DNA from: Dehalococcoidia bacterium
Lineage (GTDB): Bacteria > Chloroflexota > Dehalococcoidia > Lucifugimonadales > UBA3495
Direction: 5' to 3'
DNA: 64,000 bases
Assembly: GCA_965203435.1 (NCBI GenBank)
Contig: CBDBCU010000002.1
Span: 458,526 to 522,525 of the forward strand
The notes beneath the pieces are model-generated. The model saw nothing but the letters and a program-made list of their open reading frames with translations, did no database searches and was not told where the DNA came from. This document shows, piece after piece, positions 41,794 to 49,784 of this stretch. Each line of letters starts with the position of its first letter. Position 1 is the stretch's first letter. The position numbers and the translations under genes are program-made.

Positions 41794-42774
41794 CTACTGG
41801 TTAATGTCCATCACCACCTTGATGATGTTGTCCTGCCGCTGTTCGTACATATCGTACGCCTGCTGCACCTGGGAAAAGGGCAGGCGGTGGGTTATCATCT
41901 GGGCCGGGTCGCACCAGCCGCGCTGCCGCAGGTTCACCAAATCCTGAATCTGGCTGATGGGATCGCCGCTGCGCGCCCCGGTCGTGGGAATGATGATAGG
42001 CTGCTTTTCCATCAGCAGGTTATGCTCCAGCGGCACATACTGGTCGCTCTGGATGCCGAACAGGATGACCTGCCCGAACTGCTTGACCAGGCCGAAAGCC
42101 AGGTTAAAGGTGTCCGGATAGCCGGCCGCCTCAATGACCACATCCGCCCCCTGGCCCCGGGTCACTTCCATAACCGCCGCCCGCAAATCCTCCTGATCCG
42201 GATTGACGGTATGGGTGGCGCCCATGGTCCGGGCCTTGTCCAGGCGATAGTCCAGCAAATCGGCGGCGATGACATTCCGCGCCCCCATATTGGCGGTCAG
42301 CATGGTAAAGCTGAGGCCGATGCTGCCCTGGCCCAAGACCAGGACATTCTTTTGCAGCAGGGTGCCAATCTGCCGGCAGGAGTATAGCACGGTGCCGGTG
42401 GGCTGGCACATCACCCATTCGTCCAGCGGCCCCTCGTCCGGCAGCAGAATCATCCGGCCGGGATGGGAAACCAGGTATTCCATCAGCCCGCCGGTGCCGC
42501 GTTCCGGGATGACGATGACCCGCTGCCCTTCGTGATAGGCATCGGTGCGGCTTTCCACCACAACGCCGGCCAGTTCGTGGCAGGGCCGGCCCGGGGTCAT
42601 CGGATAGTTTTCCTCCGGCTCGATCGGCCCGTAGCCGTGGCGAATATCGCTGCCGCAGACGGAGACCCGTTCCAGCTTGATAAGGCACTGGCCGTCGCCG
42701 GCCTGGGGCATCTCCAGTTCCACGAAGTCAAACTGCTTGGGGGCGGCCAGACGGGCTGCTTTCATAGCGTTCAC
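41794..42774 (-). CDS. zinc-dependent alcohol dehydrogenase (MDR) family, threonine/sorbitol dehydrogenase-like
   Basis: VSVCGSDIRHG zinc-site region, GHELAG, nucleotide fold VLVLGQGSIGL. Confidence 0.88.
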   Translation of the reverse strand: MNAMKAARLAAPKQFDFVELEMPQAGDGQCLIKLERVSVCGSDIRHGYGPIEPEENYPMTPGRPCHELAGVVVESRTDAYHEGQRVIVIPERGTGGLMEYLVSHPGRMILLPDEGPLDEWVMCQPTGTVLYSCRQIGTLLQKNVLVLGQGSIGLSFTMLTANMGARNVIAADLLDYRLDKARTMGATHTVNPDQEDLRAAVMEVTRGQGADVVIEAAGYPDTFNLAFGLVKQFGQVILFGIQSDQYVPLEHNLLMEKQPIIIPTTGARSGDPISQIQDLVNLRQRGWCDPAQMITHRLPFSQVQQAYDMYEQRQDNIIKVVMDINQ

Positions 42775-42973
42775 TGCTCCGGCAAGTCTAGGATGGGCAA
42801 ACTCCGGGCGGCGGTAGCGCCGCGCCGGGGCCGTTCTGTCTGTATAATAAAGGCAAACTTGCCGCTGGGCAATACATCCGGCCTATCTAATTGGCAAATT
42901 TAGGGGATTGATTTGGGGAATTGGGGGATTTTGAGGGAAAATCCGGCCCGGCAAGGCCGTTTCCGCCGCCCTA

Positions 42974-43073
42974 CCGTCATTCCCGCGTAAGCGGGAATCC
43001 CGCAGTTGCTTGCCAAAACTGCGGCGGTATAAGGCAGTACCGTTAGGGATTCCCGCTTACGCGGGAATGACGG
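42974..43073. repeat. REP-1 composite element
   Basis: ccgtcattcccgcgtaagcgggaatcccgcagttgcttgccaaaactgcggcggtataaggcagtaccgttagggattcccgcttacgcgggaatgacgg. Confidence 0.85.
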
Positions 43074-43115
43074 TAGGGGGCGGCCGCGGATTGGGGCAAG
43101 AAGGACGGTTGATTG

Positions 43116-44423
43116 CTATATCCCATTGCCCGCCGCCAACCCCGCCCCCACCCGCGGCCGCCGCGCCAGCAGAAACAATATGCCGCCCAGAAAGTTCAGC
43201 CCGGCCAGCAGCAGAAAGGCCAGATCGTAACTGCCCTGAACATCCCGCATATAGCCGGCCAGCGGCGAGCCAATCAGCAGCAGCACATTCATCGGCACCG
43301 TGGACAAGCCCAAAATCCGCCCGAACGAGGCCCGGCCAAAGTATTCCCCCCGGATGGCCGTGGTCAGCGGATTGCGCCCGCCAAAGCCAATGCCGAACAA
43401 GATGGCAAACAGGTAAAAACTCAGCAGGCTGGCGGCTAAAGTCAGCATCACTATGGCCGCCGCCTGAATGCTGGAAAAGAGGAACAGCATCAGGTTTTTG
43501 GGCAACCGGTCGCCGGCATAGCCGCCAATCAGCTGAAAAACCATCGCCGTCGCCGTATAGACCGCCACAATCCACCCGGTCGTCTGCACATCAAAGCCCT
43601 TATCTTTCAGCAGCAGCCCCAAGTGGGTCATAATCGCCAGGATTACCATCGAGGTAAAGCCGTGGCCAAAGGAAATCAGCCAGAAAGCCGGCGTCCGCAG
43701 GGCTTGGGCGGCGGTCAAATCGCCGCTATCGGAAGTAGCGGCGGCCCGCCGCCGGGAGGATGCGGCGGATAATGATGACGCCGCCGCCGGAGCCGCGCCG
43801 TCCGGCAGCTGCCCATATTCCTGCGGCCGATTGCGGATCAGCCGGGTCAAGGGAAAGGCGATGATTAAAGTAAAGATGCCCAGCAGCAGGGCCGTCCCCT
43901 GCCAGCCCAATCGCTGCTGCGCCGGGTCAATGGCCCAGGCGATGGCCGGCACCAACAGCAGTGCCCCGATCCGGCTGCCCACATTAGCCCAGCCCATCGC
44001 CGTCGCCCGCCGCCGGGCAAACCAGTTGTTAAGGGTAGTCATCAACGGCAGCCAGCTGCCCAAGCCCTGGCCCAGAGCCATTACGATAAAGGCCAGGTAA
44101 AACATCCCCAGATTGCGGACGCCGGCAAAGAGCAGAAAGCCCACGCCCAAAATCAGCAGTCCGACTAGGATCATCCGCCGCGCCCCCAGGCGGTCGGTCA
44201 GATAGCCCTCGACCGGCCCCATCAGCCCGCCCTCGATGCGGGTAAAGGTCAGCGCCAATCCCAGCTGGCCCCGGCTCCAACCGAATTGGCTTTCCAGGGC
44301 CACCGACCAGACGGCCATAGCGTGGTACAGCGGCACCGTGGCGATGGTCATCGTAAAGCCGCTGATAGCCACCAGCCACCAGCCATAGAAAACCCCGCGC
44401 AGCCGCCGCGGCGTCGCGGCCAT
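43116..44423 (-). CDS. MFS transporter (oxalate/formate antiporter-like subfamily)
   Basis: ORF trimmed to ATG 44423 (MAATPRRLRGVFYGWWLV). 12-TM-like hydrophobicity with a central Ala/Ser-rich loop. Confidence 0.8.
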   Translation of the reverse strand: MAATPRRLRGVFYGWWLVAISGFTMTIATVPLYHAMAVWSVALESQFGWSRGQLGLALTFTRIEGGLMGPVEGYLTDRLGARRMILVGLLILGVGFLLFAGVRNLGMFYLAFIVMALGQGLGSWLPLMTTLNNWFARRRATAMGWANVGSRIGALLLVPAIAWAIDPAQQRLGWQGTALLLGIFTLIIAFPLTRLIRNRPQEYGQLPDGAAPAAASSLSAASSRRRAAATSDSGDLTAAQALRTPAFWLISFGHGFTSMVILAIMTHLGLLLKDKGFDVQTTGWIVAVYTATAMVFQLIGGYAGDRLPKNLMLFLFSSIQAAAIVMLTLAASLLSFYLFAILFGIGFGGRNPLTTAIRGEYFGRASFGRILGLSTVPMNVLLLIGSPLAGYMRDVQGSYDLAFLLLAGLNFLGGILFLLARRPRVGAGLAAGNGI

Positions 44424-44500
44424 CCCTCGGATCAATCCCAAAGCCCTGCCCCCACTATAACGGATGCGCCAGTTTAACACAGGAAAGGGCGGGGAGACGG

Positions 44501-44529
44501 TTGCAACCGGCCGCCATTCCTGCTAATAT
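44501..44529 (+). promoter_or_regulatory. higBA promoter (TTGCAA-N17-TAATAT), 6 nt before the GTG start
   Basis: TTGCAA 44501..44506, TAATAT 44524..44529, GTG 44536. Confidence 0.55.
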
Positions 44530-44535
44530 ATCCGG

Positions 44536-44832
44536 GTGATTGCGGATTTTGCCGACCAAGGTACGGAGGACATTTTCTACGGCGTGAACAGCGCCGCCGC
44601 CCGGCGTACCTGCCCGCTACCCTTGCATCCCAGTGCATGGAAAAAGCTGGAAAGGGTGAATGCGGTGGGGGAACTGGCGGATTTGGCTTGGCCGCCGGGC
44701 AATCGGTTGGAAGCTCTGCGCGGCGACCGGCGCGGCCAGCATAGCATCCGCATTAACGCCCAGTACCGGATTTGCTTTACTTGGGACGGCGCTGACGCCC
44801 GGGCTGTGGAAATCGTCGATTATCACGGCTGA
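44536..44832 (+). CDS. higB: HigB-type toxin (RelE/ParE superfamily, plasmid maintenance killer protein)
   Basis: MIADFADQGTEDIFYG...PPGNRLEALRGDRRGQHSIRINAQYRICFTW. Confidence 0.88.
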   Translation: MIADFADQGTEDIFYGVNSAAARRTCPLPLHPSAWKKLERVNAVGELADLAWPPGNRLEALRGDRRGQHSIRINAQYRICFTWDGADARAVEIVDYHG

Positions 44833-44867
44833 CCCGCCCGCCATCCCCTTAGCCAGGAGGATCCCCT

Positions 44868-45236
44868 ATGCCTTTGCGTATTCCGACCCACCGGGAACCC
44901 ACCCATCCCGGCGTGATGCTGCTCGAGGAGTTTCTGACGCCGCTGGGGCTGACCCCGCAGGACTTGGCGGCGGCTCTCTTGGTCCCGTACCCGGAAATCG
45001 CGGAACTTGTCGGCCGGCAGCGCGGCATCAGCGCTGAATTGGCTTTGCGGCTGTCCCGGTACTTCGGCAACAGTCCTGGCTTTTGGCTGAACCTGCAAAG
45101 GGTATGGGATATTTATCACGCCCAACGTTCGGAAGCGGCGGCTCTGGAACAGATTAAGCCGCTGACTTGGGCGGATATTCCCGAAGTAGAGGAATTGGCC
45201 GCGGAGCGGGCGGCCGCGGAAGTCGCCGCCGGCTGA
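44868..45236 (+). CDS. higA: HigA-type antitoxin (XRE HTH)
   Basis: AGGAGG SD. THPGVMLLEEFLTPLGLTPQDLAAAL...ELALRLSRYFGNSPGFWLNLQ. Confidence 0.9.
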   Translation: MPLRIPTHREPTHPGVMLLEEFLTPLGLTPQDLAAALLVPYPEIAELVGRQRGISAELALRLSRYFGNSPGFWLNLQRVWDIYHAQRSEAAALEQIKPLTWADIPEVEELAAERAAAEVAAG

Positions 45237-45309
45237 ACTTTGGCGGGCGGGGACAGCCGCCGGCCGCCCCTTTACATTCCCCGGCAACTTGTGCTTTAAT
45301 AATCCCCTA

Positions 45310-45915
45310 ATGGAGAAAGATCAGCAGCCCCCGGAAAGGGAACGGAAAAGAGAATCCATCTGGAGCGTAGCCGGGGGATGGCTGCCCGGGTATCTGCTCT
45401 TGTCTTTCACTTTGCTCTTTATCTGGACAGCCTTTGTCGCTTGGCTCGCGGTCGCCTACGGCTCTTATCGGGCCTTTGGCCTGCTGGTCGAGGCTGTCGG
45501 CATCAAAAGCTCCGCCGGCGTCCCGGGGTCTTTTGCGTTGTCCCTGGGCATCATCACCGCCGCCGATACGGGAGGAGGCGCTATCGTGGTAACTTACCGC
45601 TACTTGAACAACAAGTTCGTGGAACCCCTCCGCCGCCAGCTGCGGCAGGAGGGCATGGCCGAGGGCCGGGAACAGGGCCTTGAGGAGGGCATCGAGGTAG
45701 GCATCGAGCGAGGTATCGAGCGAGGTATCCAAGTGGGCCGGGAGGAGGGCATCCAGGCCGGCCGGGAGCAGGCCCGGGAGGAAGTGTACGCGCTCAAAAT
45801 CAGGACTATGGCGTGGTACACCCGGCAGCAAGTGGCCCTGGCCAAAGGCGAACCCTTCGACGAGCCGCCGCCTTTCAGCGAATTGTCCAACGGCAAAGAT
45901 CCGGCTGGGGAATAG
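45310..45915 (+). CDS. membrane-anchored protein with EG-x-x-x-G repeats and EPPPF tail, hypothetical (same architecture as 26282..26761)
   Basis: Hydrophobic N-terminal half, then QEGMAEGREQGLEEGIEVGIERGIERGIQVGREEGIQAGREQ..., then ...WYTRQQVALAKGEPFDEPPPF. Confidence 0.55.
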   Translation: MEKDQQPPERERKRESIWSVAGGWLPGYLLLSFTLLFIWTAFVAWLAVAYGSYRAFGLLVEAVGIKSSAGVPGSFALSLGIITAADTGGGAIVVTYRYLNNKFVEPLRRQLRQEGMAEGREQGLEEGIEVGIERGIERGIQVGREEGIQAGREQAREEVYALKIRTMAWYTRQQVALAKGEPFDEPPPFSELSNGKDPAGE

Positions 45916-45981
45916 CCGCCGCCGGGGACTTCCCCCTTGCCGCTCCATTCCCGCCGCCCTAGCGTCAATCCCGTCCCGAGA

Positions 45982-46104
45982 CCGTCATTCCCGCGCAAGC
46001 GGGAATCCCGAACAGTATTGAAAAGATAATCCGGCTGCTCTCTCTGCGCCGCCCTGGATTCCCGCTTACGCGGGAAGGACGATAGGGGGCGGCAGGAATG
46101 ACGG
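45982..46104. repeat. REP-1 composite element (GTATTGAAAAGA core type)
   Basis: ccgtcattcccgcgcaagcgggaatcccgaacagtattgaaaagataatcc...ggattcccgcttacgcgggaaggacg. Confidence 0.85.
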
Positions 46105-46167
46105 CAATAGCAGGGGATTTGCCCATTGCCGCTCCATCCCCGCCGCCCGGGCGTATAATGCCCGGCT

Positions 46168-47001
46168 ATGGGAACTTTTTATGTCGTCGGCACTCCTATC
46201 GGCAATTTAGAGGATTTGACCCGCCGGTCAGCCCGCATCCTGGCGGCGGTGGATTTGATTGCCGCCGAGGATACGAGGGTCACCCGCCGCCTGCTGAATC
46301 ACTTGGGCCTGCGGACGCCGTTGCTCAGCTGCCACCGCCACAATTGGCCGGCCCGGTTGCCGCAACTGCTGCAAGCCCTGGCAGCCGGAGATGTGGCTTT
46401 GGTAACGGACGCCGGGATGCCGGCGGTCAGCGATCCGGGGGCGGAAATAACGGCGGCCGTGGCGGCCGCCGGCTTTCCGATAGAAGTCATCCCCGGCCCT
46501 TCGGCGGTTACGGCGGCCCTGGCCGCCGCCGGAATGCCGGCCGACTCCTTTCTGTTCTTGGGCTTTCTGCCGCGCCGCCGCCATGAACGGCAAGCGGCCC
46601 TGGCGCAAGCCGCCGCCCTGCCTTATACCTTGGTCATTTTTGAGGCGCCGCACCGCCTGCGCCCGGCTCTGGCCGATTTGCAAGCCCTCCTGGGCGACCG
46701 GCAAATCGCCGTATGCCGGGAATTGACCAAAATTCATCAGGAAGTATGGCGCGGCGATCTGGCCGGGGCGTTGGATTATTTTACTGCGCCCCGGGGGGAG
46801 TTTGTGCTGGTAGTGGCCGGCAATACGGCCTCCGATATTGGTACGGCGGCGGTCGACCCGGACGCCGCCCGGCAGCAACTGGCGGAAAAGCGACAAGCCG
46901 GCCTCCGCGCCCGGGAGGCCGTTGCCGCCGTTACCGCCGCCACCGGCTTGCCCCGCCGGGAAGTGTACCAACTCTGGCTGGAACTGAAAGCCGGGGAGTG
47001 A
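46168..47001 (+). CDS. rsmI: 16S rRNA (cytidine1402-2'-O)-methyltransferase
   Basis: MGTFYVVGTPIGNLEDLTRRSARILAAVDLIAAEDTR..., DAGMPAVSDPG. TATAAT at 46154..46159, only 8 nt upstream of the ATG. Confidence 0.92.
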   Translation: MGTFYVVGTPIGNLEDLTRRSARILAAVDLIAAEDTRVTRRLLNHLGLRTPLLSCHRHNWPARLPQLLQALAAGDVALVTDAGMPAVSDPGAEITAAVAAAGFPIEVIPGPSAVTAALAAAGMPADSFLFLGFLPRRRHERQAALAQAAALPYTLVIFEAPHRLRPALADLQALLGDRQIAVCRELTKIHQEVWRGDLAGALDYFTAPRGEFVLVVAGNTASDIGTAAVDPDAARQQLAEKRQAGLRAREAVAAVTAATGLPRREVYQLWLELKAGE

Positions 47002-47003
47002 TG

Positions 47004-47128
47004 CAAACATGGATAGACCGGATAGACCGGATAGACAAGATTTTTTCGCTGGTCGAGCAAGGCGTTTCCTTTAAGAAAGAATCCTACATAGCGGACCCAA
47101 GAATCCGGTCTATCCATGTTTTGAATCC
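47004..47128. mobile_element. MITE-3 full copy (TIR GATTCAAACATGGATAGACCGGAT)
   Basis: caaacatggatagaccggatagaccggatagac...aatccggtctatccatgttttgaatcc. Confidence 0.85.
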
Positions 47129-47139
47129 GCCGCCCCTTA

Positions 47140-47260
47140 CCGTCATTCCCGCGTAAGCGGGAATCCCGAACGGTACTGAAAAGACCAGCCCATTGCCGTC
47201 CCGCCGCCGCCGGATTCCCGCTTACGCGGGAATGACGGTCGGGAGCGGCGGGAATAACGA
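47140..47260. repeat. REP-1 composite element, sandwiched between two MITE-3 copies
   Basis: ccgtcattcccgcgtaagcgggaatcccgaacggtactgaaaagaccagcc...ggattcccgcttacgcgggaatgacgg. Confidence 0.85.
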
Positions 47261-47273
47261 TAGGGGCGGCTAA

Positions 47274-47389
47274 ATCAAACATGGATAGACCGGATTTTTC
47301 CCCTTGCTTTGAAGGGCGTTTCCTTTAAGAAATGACCTTGCATGGCAGACATAAGAATCCGGTCTATCCGGTCTATCCATGTTTGAATC
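47274..47389. mobile_element. MITE-3 full copy
   Basis: atcaaacatggatagaccggatttttcc...aatccggtctatccggtctatccatgtttgaatc. Confidence 0.85.
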
Positions 47390-47445
47390 AAGTTGACTAA
47401 GGGGATAGTTTCCGGGTAAGCTGGGCGGCAAGGGGGTTAGCGGGT

Positions 47446-49464
47446 ATGCAGTTGCAGCGGATTGAGGACCTCCTGGCAACCCGGCGGCGGCCCGACAGCT
47501 TTACCCTCTTTCTGCTTTGCCTTTCCCTGCTGGGCGCGGGCTTGGCTCTGGCGCTGCACGGCGGCCGCGGCGTCCTGCTGGATTGGGATTCGGTAAATTA
47601 CATTTCCGTGGCCGACAGCCTGCTGGCCGGCGAGGGTTTCCGGCAGTTTAACGGGCTGCTGTATCGGGACTGGCCGCCGCTCTATCCCCTGCTGCTGGCC
47701 GCGCCGGGATTGGCCGGCGTTGACCCTTATCCCTGGGCCGGATGGCTCAATGCCCTGGCCTTTGCCTTGACCATTTTCGTCGTCGGCCAAGGGCTGCGGC
47801 GGCATTTGACTTCCCGGGGTCTGCTGCTGGGCGGCTGTCTGGCGGCGGCCCTGGCCTATCCCCTGACCCGGCAGGCGGCCTTTGCCCTTACCGAAACGAT
47901 TTTCATTCTGTTCACCCTGCTGGCGCTGCTGGCGGCGGAGCGGTTTCTGAACGCGGAACGGCGATCGGCTCTGCTGTGGGCGGCCCTGTTCACCGCCCTG
48001 GCTTGCCTGACCCGTTACCTGGGCTTGACCCTGGTCGTCGCTATTGTCCTGCTGCTGGCCCTGCAAAGCGGCGTCCCCCTACGGCAGCGGGCGCAGCGCA
48101 TTGGTCTCTATGCAATCCTCTCCTTGGCCCCGATCGGCTTGTGGATGTTGCGGAACTACCTGCTGTTCGGCGGTCTGACCGGCCGCCGCTCTTATGATGT
48201 ATTGACCTTTTCCGAATCCCTGACGCAAACCGGGGCGGCGCTGTCCGACTGGACGGCGTGGGGATTGCTGGTCTCCGTCGTATCCCCCTCCTGGTTGAGT
48301 ACGGCGCTGAATTTTCTGCCGGCGGCCATTCTGATGGTATTGGCCGCCGCCCTGATTTATGGACTGACGGCCGCCGGGCGCGGCGGAGGCCCGCCCCTCC
48401 TTGACTTACGGCCGCTCTATATCTTTGGCCTCTTTGCCCTCGTTTATCTAATCCTGTTCAATTTCGTGGCGCATCGCGCTAGTTTTGCCGCCGAGGACAA
48501 CAGCCGCTACATCCTGCCGGCTTGGTTGCCGCTTTTGCTGACCGCCTTGATTGCCCTGGATCGGCTAAGGCAATACATCAAGGAATGGGGGACGGATGAA
48601 AGCCGGTGGATTCTGGCCGGGCTGTACCGGGGGCGGTTTTGGCTGCGCGGCGCGCTGTTCCTGGCCTTTATCCTGTGGCTGGGTTGGCAGGTTTTCCTGA
48701 ACGGGCAGCAGATAGTACGGGCTTGGGACGGCCGGCCGGATAGCTATTCCGTCTGGGCCGAGGATGAAACCTTGCGCTATCTGCGGGAAACGGTCCGCCC
48801 GGATTCGTGGGAATGGGTACTCAGCAACCTGCCGGCGGCGACTTACATTTTTGGCGGCCGGTCGCAGCAGCAGGCCGAACTGCCTTACAACATTCCGGAT
48901 TTGCTCCAATGGATGGCCGCCGGCGATTTGGGGCCGGCCACCATCTATGTGGTCTGGCTTTACGGCTCTCCGGATGAGCATTATTACGGCTACGACCACC
49001 AGGATTTGCGGGATTTGCCCACGGCGGAGACGATGGCGGAATTTGACTCTGGGGTGCTGCTGCGGTTAAGGCGCGCGGCCGAGCCGGGCTTGTCTTACCG
49101 GGTAAATCTGCACGGCAACCGGGTGTTTTATCGGAAAAGCCCCTGCTTTCCCAGCGACGCTAATCCCGTTTTTTCCCTGCAAATTTACCCGGCGGAGGGG
49201 CAGAACCTGCCCGCCGACCGGCAGGAATACGGTTTTGTGGGCGAGGATTTCCGGCTGGAGGATTTCGGACGGCGGGAACAGGGCCGCTGTTATATGGAGC
49301 GAGAACTGCCATCCTATCCCATCCGCGAAATCCGCACCGGGCAGTATCGCATTGGCGCGGACGGCGCGGCGGTAAATATCTGGCAAGACGGTTTCCGCCG
49401 GGAAACCCTCCGGGAGCCGCTGCGCCCGGCCCGCCCCCGGCGCTGGTCCCGTTTTGGTAATTAA
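47446..49464 (+). CDS. GT-C fold (PMT_2/GT39-like) membrane protein, distant paralog E, with one C-terminal two-Cys module
   Basis: YRDWPPLYPLLLAAPG... is a typical PMT_2 pattern. The C-terminus NRVFYRKSPC...FSLQIYPAEGQNLPADRQEYGF...GRCYMERELPSYPIREIRTGQY matches the module of paralogs A-D. Confidence 0.85.
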   Translation: MQLQRIEDLLATRRRPDSFTLFLLCLSLLGAGLALALHGGRGVLLDWDSVNYISVADSLLAGEGFRQFNGLLYRDWPPLYPLLLAAPGLAGVDPYPWAGWLNALAFALTIFVVGQGLRRHLTSRGLLLGGCLAAALAYPLTRQAAFALTETIFILFTLLALLAAERFLNAERRSALLWAALFTALACLTRYLGLTLVVAIVLLLALQSGVPLRQRAQRIGLYAILSLAPIGLWMLRNYLLFGGLTGRRSYDVLTFSESLTQTGAALSDWTAWGLLVSVVSPSWLSTALNFLPAAILMVLAAALIYGLTAAGRGGGPPLLDLRPLYIFGLFALVYLILFNFVAHRASFAAEDNSRYILPAWLPLLLTALIALDRLRQYIKEWGTDESRWILAGLYRGRFWLRGALFLAFILWLGWQVFLNGQQIVRAWDGRPDSYSVWAEDETLRYLRETVRPDSWEWVLSNLPAATYIFGGRSQQQAELPYNIPDLLQWMAAGDLGPATIYVVWLYGSPDEHYYGYDHQDLRDLPTAETMAEFDSGVLLRLRRAAEPGLSYRVNLHGNRVFYRKSPCFPSDANPVFSLQIYPAEGQNLPADRQEYGFVGEDFRLEDFGRREQGRCYMERELPSYPIREIRTGQYRIGADGAAVNIWQDGFRRETLREPLRPARPRRWSRFGN

Positions 49465-49470
49465 CCCGGA

Positions 49471-49500
49471 ATTAACATGGATAGACAGGATTTACAGGAT
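49471..49500. repeat. MITE-3 solo terminal repeat
   Basis: ttaacatggatagacaggatttacaggata. Confidence 0.65.
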
Positions 49501-49538
49501 ATTTTTGTATCTGATTAGAACGGTACTGGCCGCCCCCT

Positions 49539-49660
49539 ATCGTCATTCCCGCCGCCCCCCACCGTCATTCCCGCGTAAGCGGGAATCCCGACGGTATTGC
49601 CCAAGACCGGCCTGCTACCCATCCGGCATTTCGGGATTCCCGCTTGCGCGGGAATGACGG
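49539..49660. repeat. REP-1 cluster with a composite element
   Basis: tcgtcattcccgcc..., ccgtcattcccgcgtaagcgggaatcccgacggtattgcccaagacc...ggattcccgcttgcgcgggaatgacgg. Confidence 0.85.
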
Positions 49661-49784
49661 TTTCTATTTGCAATAGCCTTGGAGACCCTGTTAATTCAGA
49701 CTTGCCGGAAAGGGGTTGACCGGGTAATCTGTAGGGCAAACCGTGGGGGTTGACAATTATCCCCCCAGCACAAAAGGAGTTGTT

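Noticed and set aside
42840-42870. TGTATAAT box on the + strand (42851 region) as the promoter of an unannotated sRNA
   Set aside because: No downstream + strand gene, terminator or conserved structure is visible before the REP-1 element. It is equally explained by the divergent minus-strand promoter region of the dehydrogenase gene.
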